A model generated the notes under the pieces. The model made no database searches and was not told the DNA's origin. It saw only the letters and a list, made by a program, of their open reading frames with translations. A DNA stretch of 64,000 bases from Felis catus (lineage: Eukaryota), in contig NC_058368.1 in assembly GCF_018350175.1 (NCBI RefSeq), forward strand, positions 108,502,001 to 108,566,000, given 5' to 3'. The first letter of the stretch is position 1. Every line of letters begins with the position of its first letter. The position numbers and the translations under genes are program-made. Below, in pieces: positions 12,965-25,806 of the stretch.

Positions 12965-13036
12965 CAGAGCGTGCTATGCCACTGTCTCTGTCTTCATTCA
13001 GCTCTCTTCCAGGCATGTCCATTGGATTGCTGTGAA
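12965..13036 (-). CDS. FNIP1: FNIP1 coding exon 8 (72 nt), (V)[23 protein letters not shown]
   Basis: Acceptor aattcacag|, donor CTG|gtaatg; phase 1-1. Confidence 0.96.
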
Positions 13037-14192
13037 CTGTGAATTAAGACAAAACTGTCTGTTATAACACATACTGCTATTCAGGGTGATGCCGTTCCTT
13101 GTATATAGCAAATGAAATCATGCTTATCTTATTGCATTCCTTTATATTTTTCAATAGCATGGCACAAACCCAACACCAAGAGCTAGTACTCAGTTGAACA
13201 AGCTTTGAGATCTATGTGAAGATTTGAAATATAATATGAAAATGATACAGTATCTAAAGAAGCAAAGGAAGACTAAAAGGAAGATATTCACAATACACTT
13301 TTAAATGACCAAAAAGCATGCTACTAAACAATAAGAATGATGGTCCTGGCAGTAAGTGATGGGTATACAATGGTTTGCTTTACTATTCTGCCTATATTAA
13401 TGTATGTTTAAAATTTCTTCATAATAAAAATTTTAAGAAAACAACTGGAATAGTATGATCCCAATTTTGTTTTTTGTAAAGATTAATTCTAGCTGACACA
13501 ATGGCTAATATATATTTTTTTGCCTATTTTACAAATTTTCTGTAATAAATTTGTACTGTTCCTGCCTCATATTTATAAGGAATATAAATATTAATTAAAA
13601 CAAGAAGTCAGATACAACTCCCTGAATACAGAGGCATGAACATACACTATAATCATCAATGTAATGATATAAACAAATACACTCACATACACCTTTTACA
13701 GATCAATATAATGGTGCTTGTTCATCTAAATCTTAGCTCCAAGAAAAATCGTTCTTATGAAATAATGTAGATCAGAAATTTTAAAATAATAAGATAGGAT
13801 ATTTTCTGCAATTGGTGAACTATGAGTACAAAAGCTACTCAACCATGGAAACAAGAGAGTGTCAAATCAGAAATTCTAGCTGTTATTATAAGAAATAATG
13901 TTCATAGTAAAATTTGGTTTAGGATTCTAAAGTTAAAATCTTTATTACATAATGAGATATGAAATAACAAACTAAAGTTTCATGAAAATGTCAATTCCAC
14001 TGATAGCTGAAAGTTTCTGGAAACTTTTAAGAACATATTCAGTGAAAAGGAATTAAGTTCTCAGCTCAAAAATGTTTTCTTAACTACACCCTCCCCAAAT
14101 GCATTTATCTACTCTCTTGTTTCCACAGCTAAACTACAGATTCTAGCCACTGGGGCACACCAACTAGTCTACCCACACAGCACATCGCAAAC

Positions 14193-14276
14193 CTGCAAAG
14201 AAAGAGGCGCTCCTGATCAGGCGGAGCGGACCCTGTTCAGAGAATGCCCGCCTGGGGCTGCAGAACTGTGAAAGAC
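14193..14276 (-). CDS. FNIP1: FNIP1 cassette exon 7 (84 nt), (G)[27 protein letters not shown]
   Basis: Acceptor ttgccatgtag|, weak donor CAG|gtttgc; phase 1-1; peptide matches FNIP1 residues ~208-235. Confidence 0.95.
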
Positions 14277-15674
14277 CTACATGGCAAAAACGTAAAATAC
14301 ATATGAAAGAAGGCTGTTAGAGAAGCCATAAAGCGTCAGGAATAAAGGGTGAGCTTAGGCAGCACAAACGCACAGCAAGAGATATGGATGGAAACTTTTA
14401 AACTAAGTAAGAATAATTCAAACAGGGTTCCCTTCTTCCAAACAGGATGGTTTTCTTCTGGTAACAGCTGATGTCAAACGTAACAATTTCATGCCTGTTT
14501 ACTAATAAATCTGTATATATAATAATAAAAATAACCTTCCACTATACAAGGTAAAGTTTTTTAAATGTTCAACCTTTTCTAACCTAAAACAATGTTTTTA
14601 AAGATTCAAAAAAACACAGTAACGTTATCTATAAAATGTGATATTTGCCAAATAAATTTATCTTTTAAAAAGTCAGTTTTAAGACTACAGCATTCTCCTG
14701 CCACTGTCATAAGGAGAAAACCACCTAAGTGCTTGGCTGAAGAAAGAGAACACAACATACAACAAAGCAGAAAAGAGATTTACTGGCAAAACAGGTATGA
14801 AACTTGTTTTTTCCCTAACCTAGTAAAGCTACAAAGTAACTAACTTTGGAAGAAACCAAAGTTCCTAACCCAAGGGTCAGCCACAATGGAAGGAGGAACA
14901 CCAACGCACCCATTAGGGCCAGACTCCCAGCTGTCCACAAAGCATGGCCGCCACACACTGGACCAAATGAAGATAACAGTGTCTAAAGACCCCAAAGGGG
15001 CAACATTATAGCCGGGAAGCAAGCAGCTGAGTCACCTGTTATGGTTAATCAAGATGGCCTAAAGAGTCACCTAGGAGGTTTACCTAGGAAAGAATAGGGG
15101 GCTTTCTGTTCTAAAAAGAAACAAATGTATTTTTCAAATTTGCTAATAGATATTTTTCTATAACAAAAATTTCTAAAATTATAGTGCATATGAAGGCAAT
15201 CCTTCTCTAGTCACTTCAAAACTTACCTAATGTCTTTAAACTCCTTCTCTACCTAGCACCTCCTTCCTTACTCTCAGGATATGCGACTTCGTCTCTCACA
15301 AGTATGCAGATGCAGATGCGTATGTGTGCACACACACGGATTTCACCAGACAGGAACTCTTCCTTTCCTACCCCCTTATCTCCAAACTTAATCAAACACT
15401 GACCCACCTGCCTCCTTGATGCCAGTGCAGTAACAACAGGAAACATTATTCAAATCTTACTGTGTGCTAGGAACTTATTCAGTGAAAAATCCTGGGAAGC
15501 TCCTCCCTCCCTTCCAAAGCAAATTCTACTATGTCAGATAGTACCTTCAAAAACCTTGCTTTACCGAGTAAGTACCACTTCTATCTCTAACCTTACCCTC
15601 CTTATAATCTATTCCATCAACATTTAAACACAGACAAAATTACTCTCCATATATCTAATCCTATATAATAGTTC

Positions 15675-16100
15675 AATAGTTCTTAAAATGTGGCCTAAGG
15701 ACTCCTTGGGTCCCTGCAACCTTTCAGGGAGTCTGTGTAAAACTAGATTTTCTTAATACACTTCAACTAAAACAACATATTACAAGAGAATGAACGTTGA
15801 AGCAGATAGGAGAATACAGGCAATATTCTATTAAGCCAGAAATTAAAGAGATTTGCAAAAATGTAAAACAATGCCACTGTTCTTCATTAATTTTACTTGG
15901 AAAATAATCATTTCACAACATATTTACATTAACATGAAAAAGGATGTTAGTATTTTTTAATAAATTAATAAATGTTTAAAAATCGTTTCAATTTTTAATA
16001 CAGTATATATCAACAAACGTAACCCACAAAAACAAAAACTCTCTGTGGTCCTCAATAATTTCTAAGTGTGTAAAGGGGTCTTGAGACCAAAAAGAGTCAC
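15675..16100. mobile_element. hAT-Charlie (Charlie1-like) DNA transposon relic
   Basis: End resembles the Charlie1 terminus aacccaca...gtcctcaataattt...gtgtaaaggggtcttgagaccaaaaag. Confidence 0.7.
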
Positions 16101-16479
16101 TAATTAAATCTTGGAAAAAAGTCTAACCTCTGAGTCTCTCCTCAACTCTGGCTTCTATTCTCCCCACTGAAACTGCTCAAGTAGGCCACTAAAAGCCTTC
16201 TTATTGATTAATGCAGTCCATACTATCTTATATTACCTTATAGCATATGTGATGTTAAATTACACTTTGAACTTTCCCCTCACAGTTTATAATGATAACA
16301 TACTAAGTTTTTTTCTTAATCTTCTTTATGTGTTTCTCTTCACCTACTCTGTCTTTAACTCAGCATTTCCCAGGGTTTCATCTTCAACAATCTTGCCTTG
16401 TCATTCTTTAACAGTTCCTAGGTCATCTCATTCATTCTCATGCTTTTACTTACCATTTACATGCTAATGATTCATAATT

Positions 16480-16940
16480 CATGGCAGACACAGCTAACTG
16501 TCTAACAAAGAACTGTGTTCTCCCTTCTACTGTATCAAGTAGTTTGTGGGAAGCAGCTGCCCAGCTAGGGATCATATTTCTCAAATCTCCTTATACGTAT
16601 GTTAGGCCATGTGATTAGTTACCACTAATGGAATGTCAACAAAACCGATGTATATCACATTCAGGCTGAGGTTAATTATGAAATCGAGTGCCTCTTCCAT
16701 TCTCAATTCCTTTCCACTGGCTTAGTGCAGCTGAGCACAACCTTGGAAACCACACAGTGAAGAAGGTAGAATTCTAAGAAGGAAGGAACTCTAAAACATT
16801 GCTTGGAGAAAAACTGTTAATCAATGATGAACACCCTTTAGAACTCCACATGGCTGAAAAAAAACCCCTACTGCTTTAAAGTTATTATACATCCATGGAT
16901 TTTTATGTTACAGCATCTACCACTACATCTACTAACTAAT
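16480..16940 (+). mobile_element. MaLR (MLT1-type) solo LTR inserted in an L2 relic
   Basis: gctgcccagctaggga...ggccatgtgattagtt...aatggaatgt motifs. Confidence 0.65.
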
Positions 16941-17360
16941 AACCATAATGGATATCTTTACTTGAACACTCAACCAATACCTCCATTCCAATATACCTAA
17001 ACCTAAAATCACCAATTCTTAATTTCTTCCAATAAATGGCACTAATACCCAAGCATTTATACAACCAGATAGCAAAGTGCCACCCTTGCTTCCTCCTTTT
17101 TCCTCCCCCACTCCATCTAATTACCAAGTCAAGTCCTATCTACTCTATTTCCCATAATGAACCCCTCAAAAACACTCGACCTCACTGGCACAATCTTACT
17201 CTAGGTCTCCTTCTCTGTCACTTGGATTATCATAAGCAGCCTTCTTATACAGATCTTTTCTTCAATCCCATCGGTTCACTTGAATCCTTTCCCACTGCAA
17301 TCAATACTCTTACAGATATAAATCTAATCCAATCATATTTCTGTATCCTGACAACTCCTC

Positions 17361-17822
17361 TGTGGTGGCCTTGAGAATACATTGCAAAGACCTCCAGCTA
17401 TAAGGACTATAATTGACTAAGTACCTCAAGCTACTGCATTCTGAAATCTATTGTGATGTTTGAGCAAGGCCACATATCCCATAGGCTGCTCCTAGTCAGT
17501 AACTGAACACAGGAGGAATAGTAAGACAGGCACATTTTGGCAATACGTGGGTCACTTTTGACACCAAACTTTGACTCAAAGACTTGTCAATGGCCTTACC
17601 AAACCTTTCTTGGATTGCATGGTAGGATAGGACACTTCCATTTCATCTTCTATTCTCTTTCATTTGGGGTCAACATTTGTATCACAATCTGAGGGCTTTC
17701 TCAACCTTTCCCAGTTCTTTCCTCTTTTTCTCTCACATAGTCATTTCCCCTAATAATATCCTTGCATATTTAATCATGTCTTGGCACCTGTTAAAAAACA
17801 GGTGGAGCACCCAAACTAACAT
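17361..17822 (+). mobile_element. ERVL solo LTR (LTR16/LTR33-like)
   Basis: TG start; 3' end tttcccctaataatatccttgcatatttaatcatgtcttggc...cccaaactaaca. Confidence 0.6.
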
Positions 17823-17879
17823 ACATACCCTCATTGCTACCCAACTGCTTGCAACCTATATCCAAATTGCTCAGTAAGT

Positions 17880-18340
17880 CCCACAGTGCCTTCTGTGATC
17901 TACCTCCTACTTCTTGATTTAACCTCCTTTACTCCTATTCTTGGCTCCATCAACACTGATTTATACACATCCTTTCTTCATGCCATCATCTCTTGCTCCT
18001 AGGCCTTTGCAAATACTATTATGCTTTTTCCTAGAACATTTCTATCTAAACATAAGGCTAATCCTTCAAGGTTAAGTCTCACTTCTTCAAGGAAATCTTC
18101 TGGGACTCTCTAGGACTGAATTAGGTACTTCTCCTCATTTCTACCACACGTGCTCTTTAACATGTCCAAAAATTAACTGTAGTATACTGTAATTGTTGTA
18201 TTATTTGTGTGATTCCCACTAACTATAATTACCAAATACGTTGAGGCAGGAATAGTGTCTGGTTTACCACTGTATCCTTAGGGCCTAGCAGAGTCCTTAG
18301 CAGGTAATAGGTGCTTGGTAAGTATTTGTTGATTAACTAA
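17880..18340 (+). mobile_element. L2 3' fragment; continues L2 pieces at ~16120-16470 and ~16950-17350
   Basis: ccactgtatccttagggcctagca...taagtatttgttga terminus. Confidence 0.65.
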
Positions 18341-19578
18341 AAATGTAAAGAAAATAAGAGATGGTCCTCAAATATCCTTAATTCACAATTATAAATGTGC
18401 AAGTTAAAGTCACTCATTATTTAAAGTCTATACTTTGTTAAATGGATTAATTTCCTATCCTACGTTAAAACAGAGAAGATGAGTATATCTAGCATCTATA
18501 AGGTAATTTACCATTTATAAGTGATAATAGATTTGTATTATTAAAATAAACAGCTTTTAATTAACATCTTAAGCTTTGAAAAGTGTCAAATCATAAGGAA
18601 AAAAGATTCATTTATTTCCCTGTCACATTTTTACTTTCTTAAAACCAATAAAATAATCAAGTGAGTTAAGAAAAAGCAGAACTACTCTATCTTTCTAAAA
18701 AATATGCAAACTGTCTAAAGTACATGCCTTTCACTGTAACTAGCCCATACTATGTGCTAAATAAATGGTTGCTCATTTGAATAAACAGGAATTATGAAAA
18801 ATAATAGAATACGATACGGTTCAAGTTGGAAGAAAAACTTTTCTACTTACATATATAACTAATATTTATTAAAATTAATTCCAAATAAAAATTCTCACTA
18901 AATAGAGAGTAAGAGAAATATTTCTCCTAGTCTAAATGCTGTCCACATTCTGGGATACTATAATATTTTATGCACCAGAAATATGGCCAGCAGCAACTCA
19001 GATGAGCTTTCTAGGGTAAAACAAATGGCAAGAAATTTTAGGAACAGTCTGTTGAAATTAAATAACAATAAGAATCAACTATCTGAATTATTAAATAAGC
19101 TGTTACTTTAATAAATCTCTTAAGGAACATCACATTTGAATATCTGCCCATTTATGTGAATTCAGGTCACAAAATGAGCACCATTTTAAAATTACTTCTA
19201 TGGTTAGGGAAGAGACAAGGGACAAAATATAATAATAGTCTTCCTCAGCTGAAATATTCCAAAAAGCTGGTAAAGACTTTTTATATCAGTAACAGTGCCT
19301 TTCAAAGATGCATCAAAGTTAAAAACAAAAAAATCAGATAATCAGATATATCTTTAAGTTTTCTTTTTTCATATACAAAATAAATACTCAAATATATAAA
19401 AATTATGTTTTCAAATAATACAAATGTTATACATATTTGCAATTTAAATGCCTTTTCCACTTCTAGTATGTCAAACTCTGCGGTCTTATAAAAGATCTAC
19501 ATTATTAAGAAGTAAGTGCAAATCCCTGTTATAGTGTTAACCTTATTTAAAACTTATAAAACCAAAGGAATAATTTAC

Positions 19579-19670
19579 CTATATTTCCAAGTAGTCCATT
19601 AATAACTGTGTTACTATCAGCCTTCAATGTACTGTTGTCTTGATTGATGAATTCAAGACTGTCTTGCAGC
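19579..19670 (-). CDS. FNIP1: FNIP1 coding exon 6 (92 nt), [30 protein letters not shown]
   Basis: Acceptor cttcccttag|, donor TAG|gtaaat; frame continuous with exon 5. Confidence 0.96.
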
Positions 19671-19790
19671 CTAAGGGAAGAGAAACAATAAACTGCAAAT
19701 TCATTTTATACAATGAAATTTAAAGCGTCTAACAGTTTTTTAAGTTTTAAGTATTCATAATAGGACTATAAAGTACCTAATCATTTAGAT

Positions 19791-20011
19791 CAGGGGGTGG
19801 CAAACTATACGTTGAGGGCTAAATCCAGCCTGCTGCCTGTTTTTGTAAACAAAGTTTTACTGGAACACAGCCATGCCCATTCATATATGTACTGTGTATG
19901 GCTGTTTTAATGTTACAATGGTAGAGCTAAGAAACCAGACATACTGTCTGGCCTACAAAGCTAAAATTATTTACTATTAAGGCCTTTACAGAAAAAAGAT
20001 TACTGACCCAA
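19791..20011. mobile_element. MER58A-like hAT MITE
   Basis: cagggggtggcaaact...aaagttttactggaacacagccatgccca...; 8-bp TSD-like atttagat / atttaaat. Confidence 0.85.
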
Positions 20012-20739
20012 ATTTAAATTGTAAAGTTTCCCCTCATATCTTGGACCTGACATTAGTTTTGAAACTTCTGGCAGGAAAAAAAGACAAAAAAGGAAAAAGA
20101 ATCCACCAAATATACAAAAAATATCTTCAGTTCACACATTATAAATGAACTGTATTACTCCTGTCCATAAATAACTCAGAATAATAGAAATAAAATTACT
20201 TTATGCTTTTAGTACAAAGTATCTGTCCTAAGAACCATCAATAAAAAATTAGAAAACATGAAGAAAGTGAGAAGACTACAGCTAAAACCAGTGATTCCAA
20301 TATAGGATCTCTAATTTCTACTTTAGTGTTTAATTCTTAAAAATTAGCACTTTTATCATCAGTATTTTTTAAGCATCCAAAATACAGTGAAATACATCTT
20401 TCCTTTTCCTTCCTTCCTAAAAGAAAAGCTAATAAAGAGCTACAGGTATTAGAACCTTAGCTAATAAAACACCTGAAAAGTCTTTAGGAACATTTACAAT
20501 TAATGGAATCTTTTGAAAATTTTTCTAGTTTTGAGTAAACTCCTTACTACCTCCTGTTGCTTCTGACTTTGGGTATCCCTCAGACCCTTGCTAGCCAGAG
20601 TTCTGATATGGTCCCTGCAGAATCCATCACTGTGGTCCACTAACATCTCATCCTAGCCCCAGTTCTTCATTTACTAGGTCTGGCAGGTAGTCCAAGAATC
20701 TGATATCATATGTGCCTCTGTTTCAGCTTTACTATTCCA

Positions 20740-22025
20740 TTTTTTTTTAATCCAAGTAGGTTAACATACAGTGTAGTCTTGGCTTCAGGAGTAAAAGAAC
20801 CTAGTAATTCATCTCTTACATATGACACCCAGTGCTCTTCCCAAAAAGTGCCCTCCTTAATGCCCATCACCCTTTTAGCCCATGCCCCCACTCACCCAAC
20901 TCCCCTCCAGCAACCCTAAGTTTGTTCTCTGTATTTAAGAGTCTCTTATGGCTTGCTTCCGTCTGTTTTTATCTTATTTTTCCTTCCCTTCCCCTATGTT
21001 CATCTGTCATGTTTCTCAAATTCCACATATGAGTGAAATCATAACATCTGTCCTTCTCTTATTTCACTTAGCATAATACCCTCTAGTTCCATCCACGTTG
21101 TTGCAAATGGCAAGATTCCATTCTTTTTCAATGCTGAGTAATATTCCTATGTGTGTGTGTGTGCGCGCGCGCACGCACACACACCACATCTTCATTATCC
21201 ATCTGTCAGTTGATGGACATTTGGGCTTCTTCTGTGATTTAGCTACTGTTGATAGTGCTGCTATAAACATCGGGGTGCCTATGTCCCTTCAAATCAGCAC
21301 TTTTGTATCCTTTGCATAGATTGCTAGCAGTACAATTGCTGAGTCGTAGGGTAGGTCTGTTTTTAATTTTTTGAGGAACCTCCATACTGTTTTCCACAGT
21401 GGCTGCACCAGTTTGCATTCCTACCAACAGTACAAAAGGGTTCCCCTTTCTCTGCATCCTTGACAACATCTGTTGTTTCCTGAATTAATTTTAGCCATTC
21501 TGACAGGTGTGAGATGGTATCTCATTATGGTTTTGATTTGTATTTCCCTAATGATGAGTGATGTTGAGCATCTTTTCACATCAATGGAACAGAATAGAGA
21601 ACCCAGAAAAAGACCCACAATACATGGCCAACTAATCTTCCACAAAGCAGGAAAGAGTATCCAATGGAAAAAAGACAGTCTCTTCAGCAAATGGTGTTGG
21701 TAAAACTGGACAGGGACATACAGAAGAATGAAACTGGACCACTTTCTTACACTATACACAAAAATAAATTCAAATTAGATGAAAATCCTAAAGGTGAGAC
21801 AGGAAACCATCAAAATCCTAGAGGAGAAAAAAGGCAGCAACTTCTTTGACTTCAGCTGCAGCAACTTCTTCCTTGACATGTCTCCGGAAGCAAAGGGAAT
21901 AAAAGCAAAAATGAACTACTGGGACCTCATCAAGATACAAAGCTTCTGCACAGTGATGGAAACAAGCAGCAAAACTAAAAGGCAACCAAAAGAATGAGAG
22001 AAGGTATTTGCATATGACATATCAG
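20740..22025 (-). mobile_element. 5'-truncated, 5'-inverted (twin-primed) carnivore L1
   Basis: Minus-strand 3' end at 20740-~21577 abuts a plus-strand upstream ORF2 segment at ~21578-22025; chimeric ORFs cross the junction. Confidence 0.88.
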
Positions 22026-22329
22026 GTTCACTACCCTAATCCTGGCATTAACAACTTGTAGTATCCTTGTACTCCACCACGGCTTACCTAGGCCAGTCCT
22101 GATTGCAGAGTTAATTCTACAGGGGACCTGAAAATTAAAGACCACAACATACAGGTGCTAACTCAGCATGGCACTACAGAACGGAAAATAACATGGAAAT
22201 GCAGTCAACATTTTACTTCCAGATATAGCTTCTAGAAGCAAATTAGAGAAAAGAGAAAGTACATTTCCTATTCTTCAACTAAACTAAAATGAGAAGTAAT
22301 CCGGACTCCATACAGAGTGGCTCAATGAA

Positions 22330-25300
22330 TGAAAAACAAGCCAGAGACTCACTTCAGTTTTAAGGATGATATAGGCTCAATATGAAGGGACAGAATAAGA
22401 TACTCCAGGTAAATGGAAATCAGAAAAGAGCAGGAATAGCTATACTTATATCAGAAAGAAGACTTTAAACTAAAAAGAGTAACAGGAGACAAAAATGGTC
22501 ATATAATGATAAAAGGAGCAATTCATCAAGAAGACACAACATATAACAATCATGCACTCAACACCAGAGAACCTAAACAGATTCATTTGTCAAATACTAA
22601 CAGATCGGAAGAGACAATGATGCAATAATTAGTAAAGGACTACTTTCAACAACAAATAGTTCATCCAGACAGAAAATCAACAAAGAAATTTTGGACGTGA
22701 ACCATACCTTAGGCTAAATGGAACCAAACAGATATATAAATATAGATACAGATAAAACAGTCTATCCACAGGGAAAGCTGAAAAATTCAGACTATGGGGA
22801 GATTAAAAAACATGCTCCTGAACAACTAATGGGTCAAAGAAGAAATCAAAAAGTAAATTAAAAAAATACTCTGAAACAAATAAAAATGGAAGCATAGCAT
22901 ATCAAAACTTGTTAGAAGTGCTGCAAAAGCACTTAAAAGAGGGCAGTTATAGTGATAAATGCTTACAGTAAGAAGCTAGAAATATCTCAAATAACCTTGA
23001 TTTACACCTCAAAAACCCAGAAAAAAAGCCCAAAGTTAGGAAGGAAATAAAGATCAGACGGGAAATATATGAAAGAGAACAAAGAAAAAAATTTAAAGAT
23101 CAGTTTAACTAAGGGCTAGTTTTCTAAAGAGACAAAATCAACAAACCTTTAGCCAGACTAACTCAAAAAAAAAAAAAAAAAAAAAAAAGAGAGAGAGAGA
23201 GAGAGGACTCAAATAAATGAAACCAGATATGAAAGAGACATTACACTGATACCAAATAAAAAGGGATCATGAAACTACTTATCAACAATTACATGCTAAC
23301 AAAATGCGTAACCTATAAAAAATGGATAAATCCCAAGACTGAATATATAACCTACCAAAACTAAATCATGAAGAAATAAAAAATCTCAAAAGACCAGTAA
23401 CAAGAAGGTAGAATCAGTCATTGATCAAAAACCTCCTAACAGAGAAATGCCAAGGACCGGATGGTTTCCTTGGTAAATTCTACCAAACATTTAAAGAATT
23501 GATGTCAATTCTTTTCAAACTCTTCCAGAAATCAAAGAAGGAGTATTCCCTGGCTCATCTTACAAGGACAGCATGATCCTGACACCAAGGCCAGGACATT
23601 ATAAGAAAATTACAGATCACTTTTCCTGATGATTATAGATGCAAAAATTCTAAACAAAATATTAGGAAACCAAATTCAACAGAACATTAAAAGGATCATT
23701 CAATATGATCAAGTGGGATTTATCCCTGGGATGCAAGGATGCTTCAATAAATGCCAGGCAATAAATGAGAATTACCACATTAAAAGAATGAAACATAAAA
23801 ATCGTATGATCATCTCAACAGATGCAGAAAAAGCATTTGACAAAACACAACATCTTTCCACGAAAAGAAAAAAAGTCAAAAAAGTAGGTTGGAAGAACAA
23901 ATATTATTAAAATGTGCATATTACCCACAATCATCTATAGATTCAATGCAAGTCTTATCAAAATTCCAATGGCATTTTTCATAGAAATAAGAAAACAATC
24001 CTAAAATTTGTATGTACAAAAGACCCTGAAAAGCCAAAGAGATCCTGAGAAAAAGAACAAAGCCAGAGGTATCATATTTCCTGATTTCAAACTATACTAC
24101 AAAGCTAAAGTAATCAAAACAGCATAGTACTGGCAGAAAAATAGACACAGAAAACAATGGAACAAAATCAAAAGCCCAGAAAAAAAAACCCGCATATAAA
24201 GAACACTTAACAAAGGAAGGAGAGTACCTTCAGTAAATGATTATGGGAAACTGGGTAACTACAGGCAGATGAATGAAATTAGAACCCTATCTTACACCAT
24301 TCACAAAAATGAACTCAAAATTGATTAAAGACATAAACATAGGACTTCCAAACTGCAAATCTCCTAAAAGAAATCATAGGGAAAAAGCTCCCTTGACATT
24401 GATTGTAGCAGCAATTTCCTGGACATGGCATAAAAAGAAAAGCACAAGCAACAAAAGCAACAATAAGTAAATGTGACTACATGAAACTAAAAAGCTTCTG
24501 CACAGCAAATAATCAATTGACAAAATGAAAAGGCAATCTATGGAATGGTAAAAATATTTGCAAATCATGTATCTGTTAAAGGGTTAATATCCAAAATATA
24601 TAAAGAGCTCATACAAATCAAGAGCAAAAAACAAACAACCTGACTAAAAAAGTAGTAACTTCCTCTGAATATTCAGAAGAACTAACTAGACAGTTTTCCA
24701 AAGAAGGCATCTGACAAATAGCCAAGAGGTATATGAAAAGGTGCTCAACATCACTAATCATTAAGCAAAGGCAAATCAAACCACAACAAGGTATCACCTC
24801 ATACATATTACAATAGCTAACATCAAAAAGACAAGAGATACTCAAGTGGTGGCCAGGGTATGGAGAAAAGGAAACCCTTATGCACTTTTGGTGGGAACAT
24901 ATATTGATATAGCCACTTGAAAACAGTATGAAGGTTCTTCAAAAAATTAAAAATAGAACTACCGTATGATCCAGCAATCCCACTTCCTTGGTATATACCC
25001 AAAAGAACTGAAATGAAGATCTCACAGACATATCTGCACTCAGGTGTTCAATGTGGCATTAGTGACAACAGTCAATAAATGGAGACAACAGATGAATGGA
25101 TGTCATACACATACACAACACACGCATGCATGCATGCACTCACACAAAAAATGGAATATTATTCAGCCACGAGAAAGAAGGAAATCCTGCCATTTGCAAC
25201 AACATAAATGAATCTTAAGGGCATTATGAGAAGTGAAATAAGTCAGACAGAGAAAGACAAACACCATATGATATCACTTCTATGTGGAATATAAAAAAAT

Positions 25301-25670
25301 TGGACACAGAAAAACAAAGAAGAGTGGTGGTTATCAGGGGCTGAGAGTGGAGGAAATGAGAAGATAATAGTCAAAAGTTACAAACTTCAGTTATAAGATC
25401 AGTAAGTTCTGGGATCTAATGGACAGCATGCTGATTATAGCTAATAATACTGTATCTGTTATACTTGAAAATTGCTAAGAGGTTAAATCATAGCTGTTCT
25501 TACCACAAAAAAGAAATAGTAATTGTGACAGCATGGAAGTATTAGTTAGCTAATGCTATGGTGGTAATCATTTTCCAATATATGAAAGTATCAAACCAAT
25601 GTGCTGTACACATTAAATTTATATAGTGTTACATGTCAATTATATCTCAATAAAGCTGGAAGAAAAAAGG
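22330..25670 (+). mobile_element. Old degraded L1 (ORF2 and 3'UTR) with an internal deletion in the RT region
   Basis: ORF2 remnants [27 protein letters not shown]; 3' end tatatctcaataaagctg. Confidence 0.9.
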
Positions 25671-25806
25671 CTGGCTTCTGTGAACTTTCAAACTTAAGGA
25701 GTAGAAGAAAATCTCAATTTAAGCTGCAACCCCGAGAATACTCTGTTTGTTTCCCTACTTTGCACATCCTAAATAATTAATTCTCCCTGCATTCATAATC
25801 ACTTAC

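Noticed and set aside
14314..14320. Alternative acceptor ctaacag 37 nt upstream of exon 7
   Set aside because: Would frameshift and overlaps the likely branch point; no supporting evidence
14840..15022. 60-aa minus-strand ORF as an extra FNIP1 coding exon
   Set aside because: Exons 6 and 7 already join in frame; no recognisable homology or clear splice sites. Kept only as a regulatory candidate
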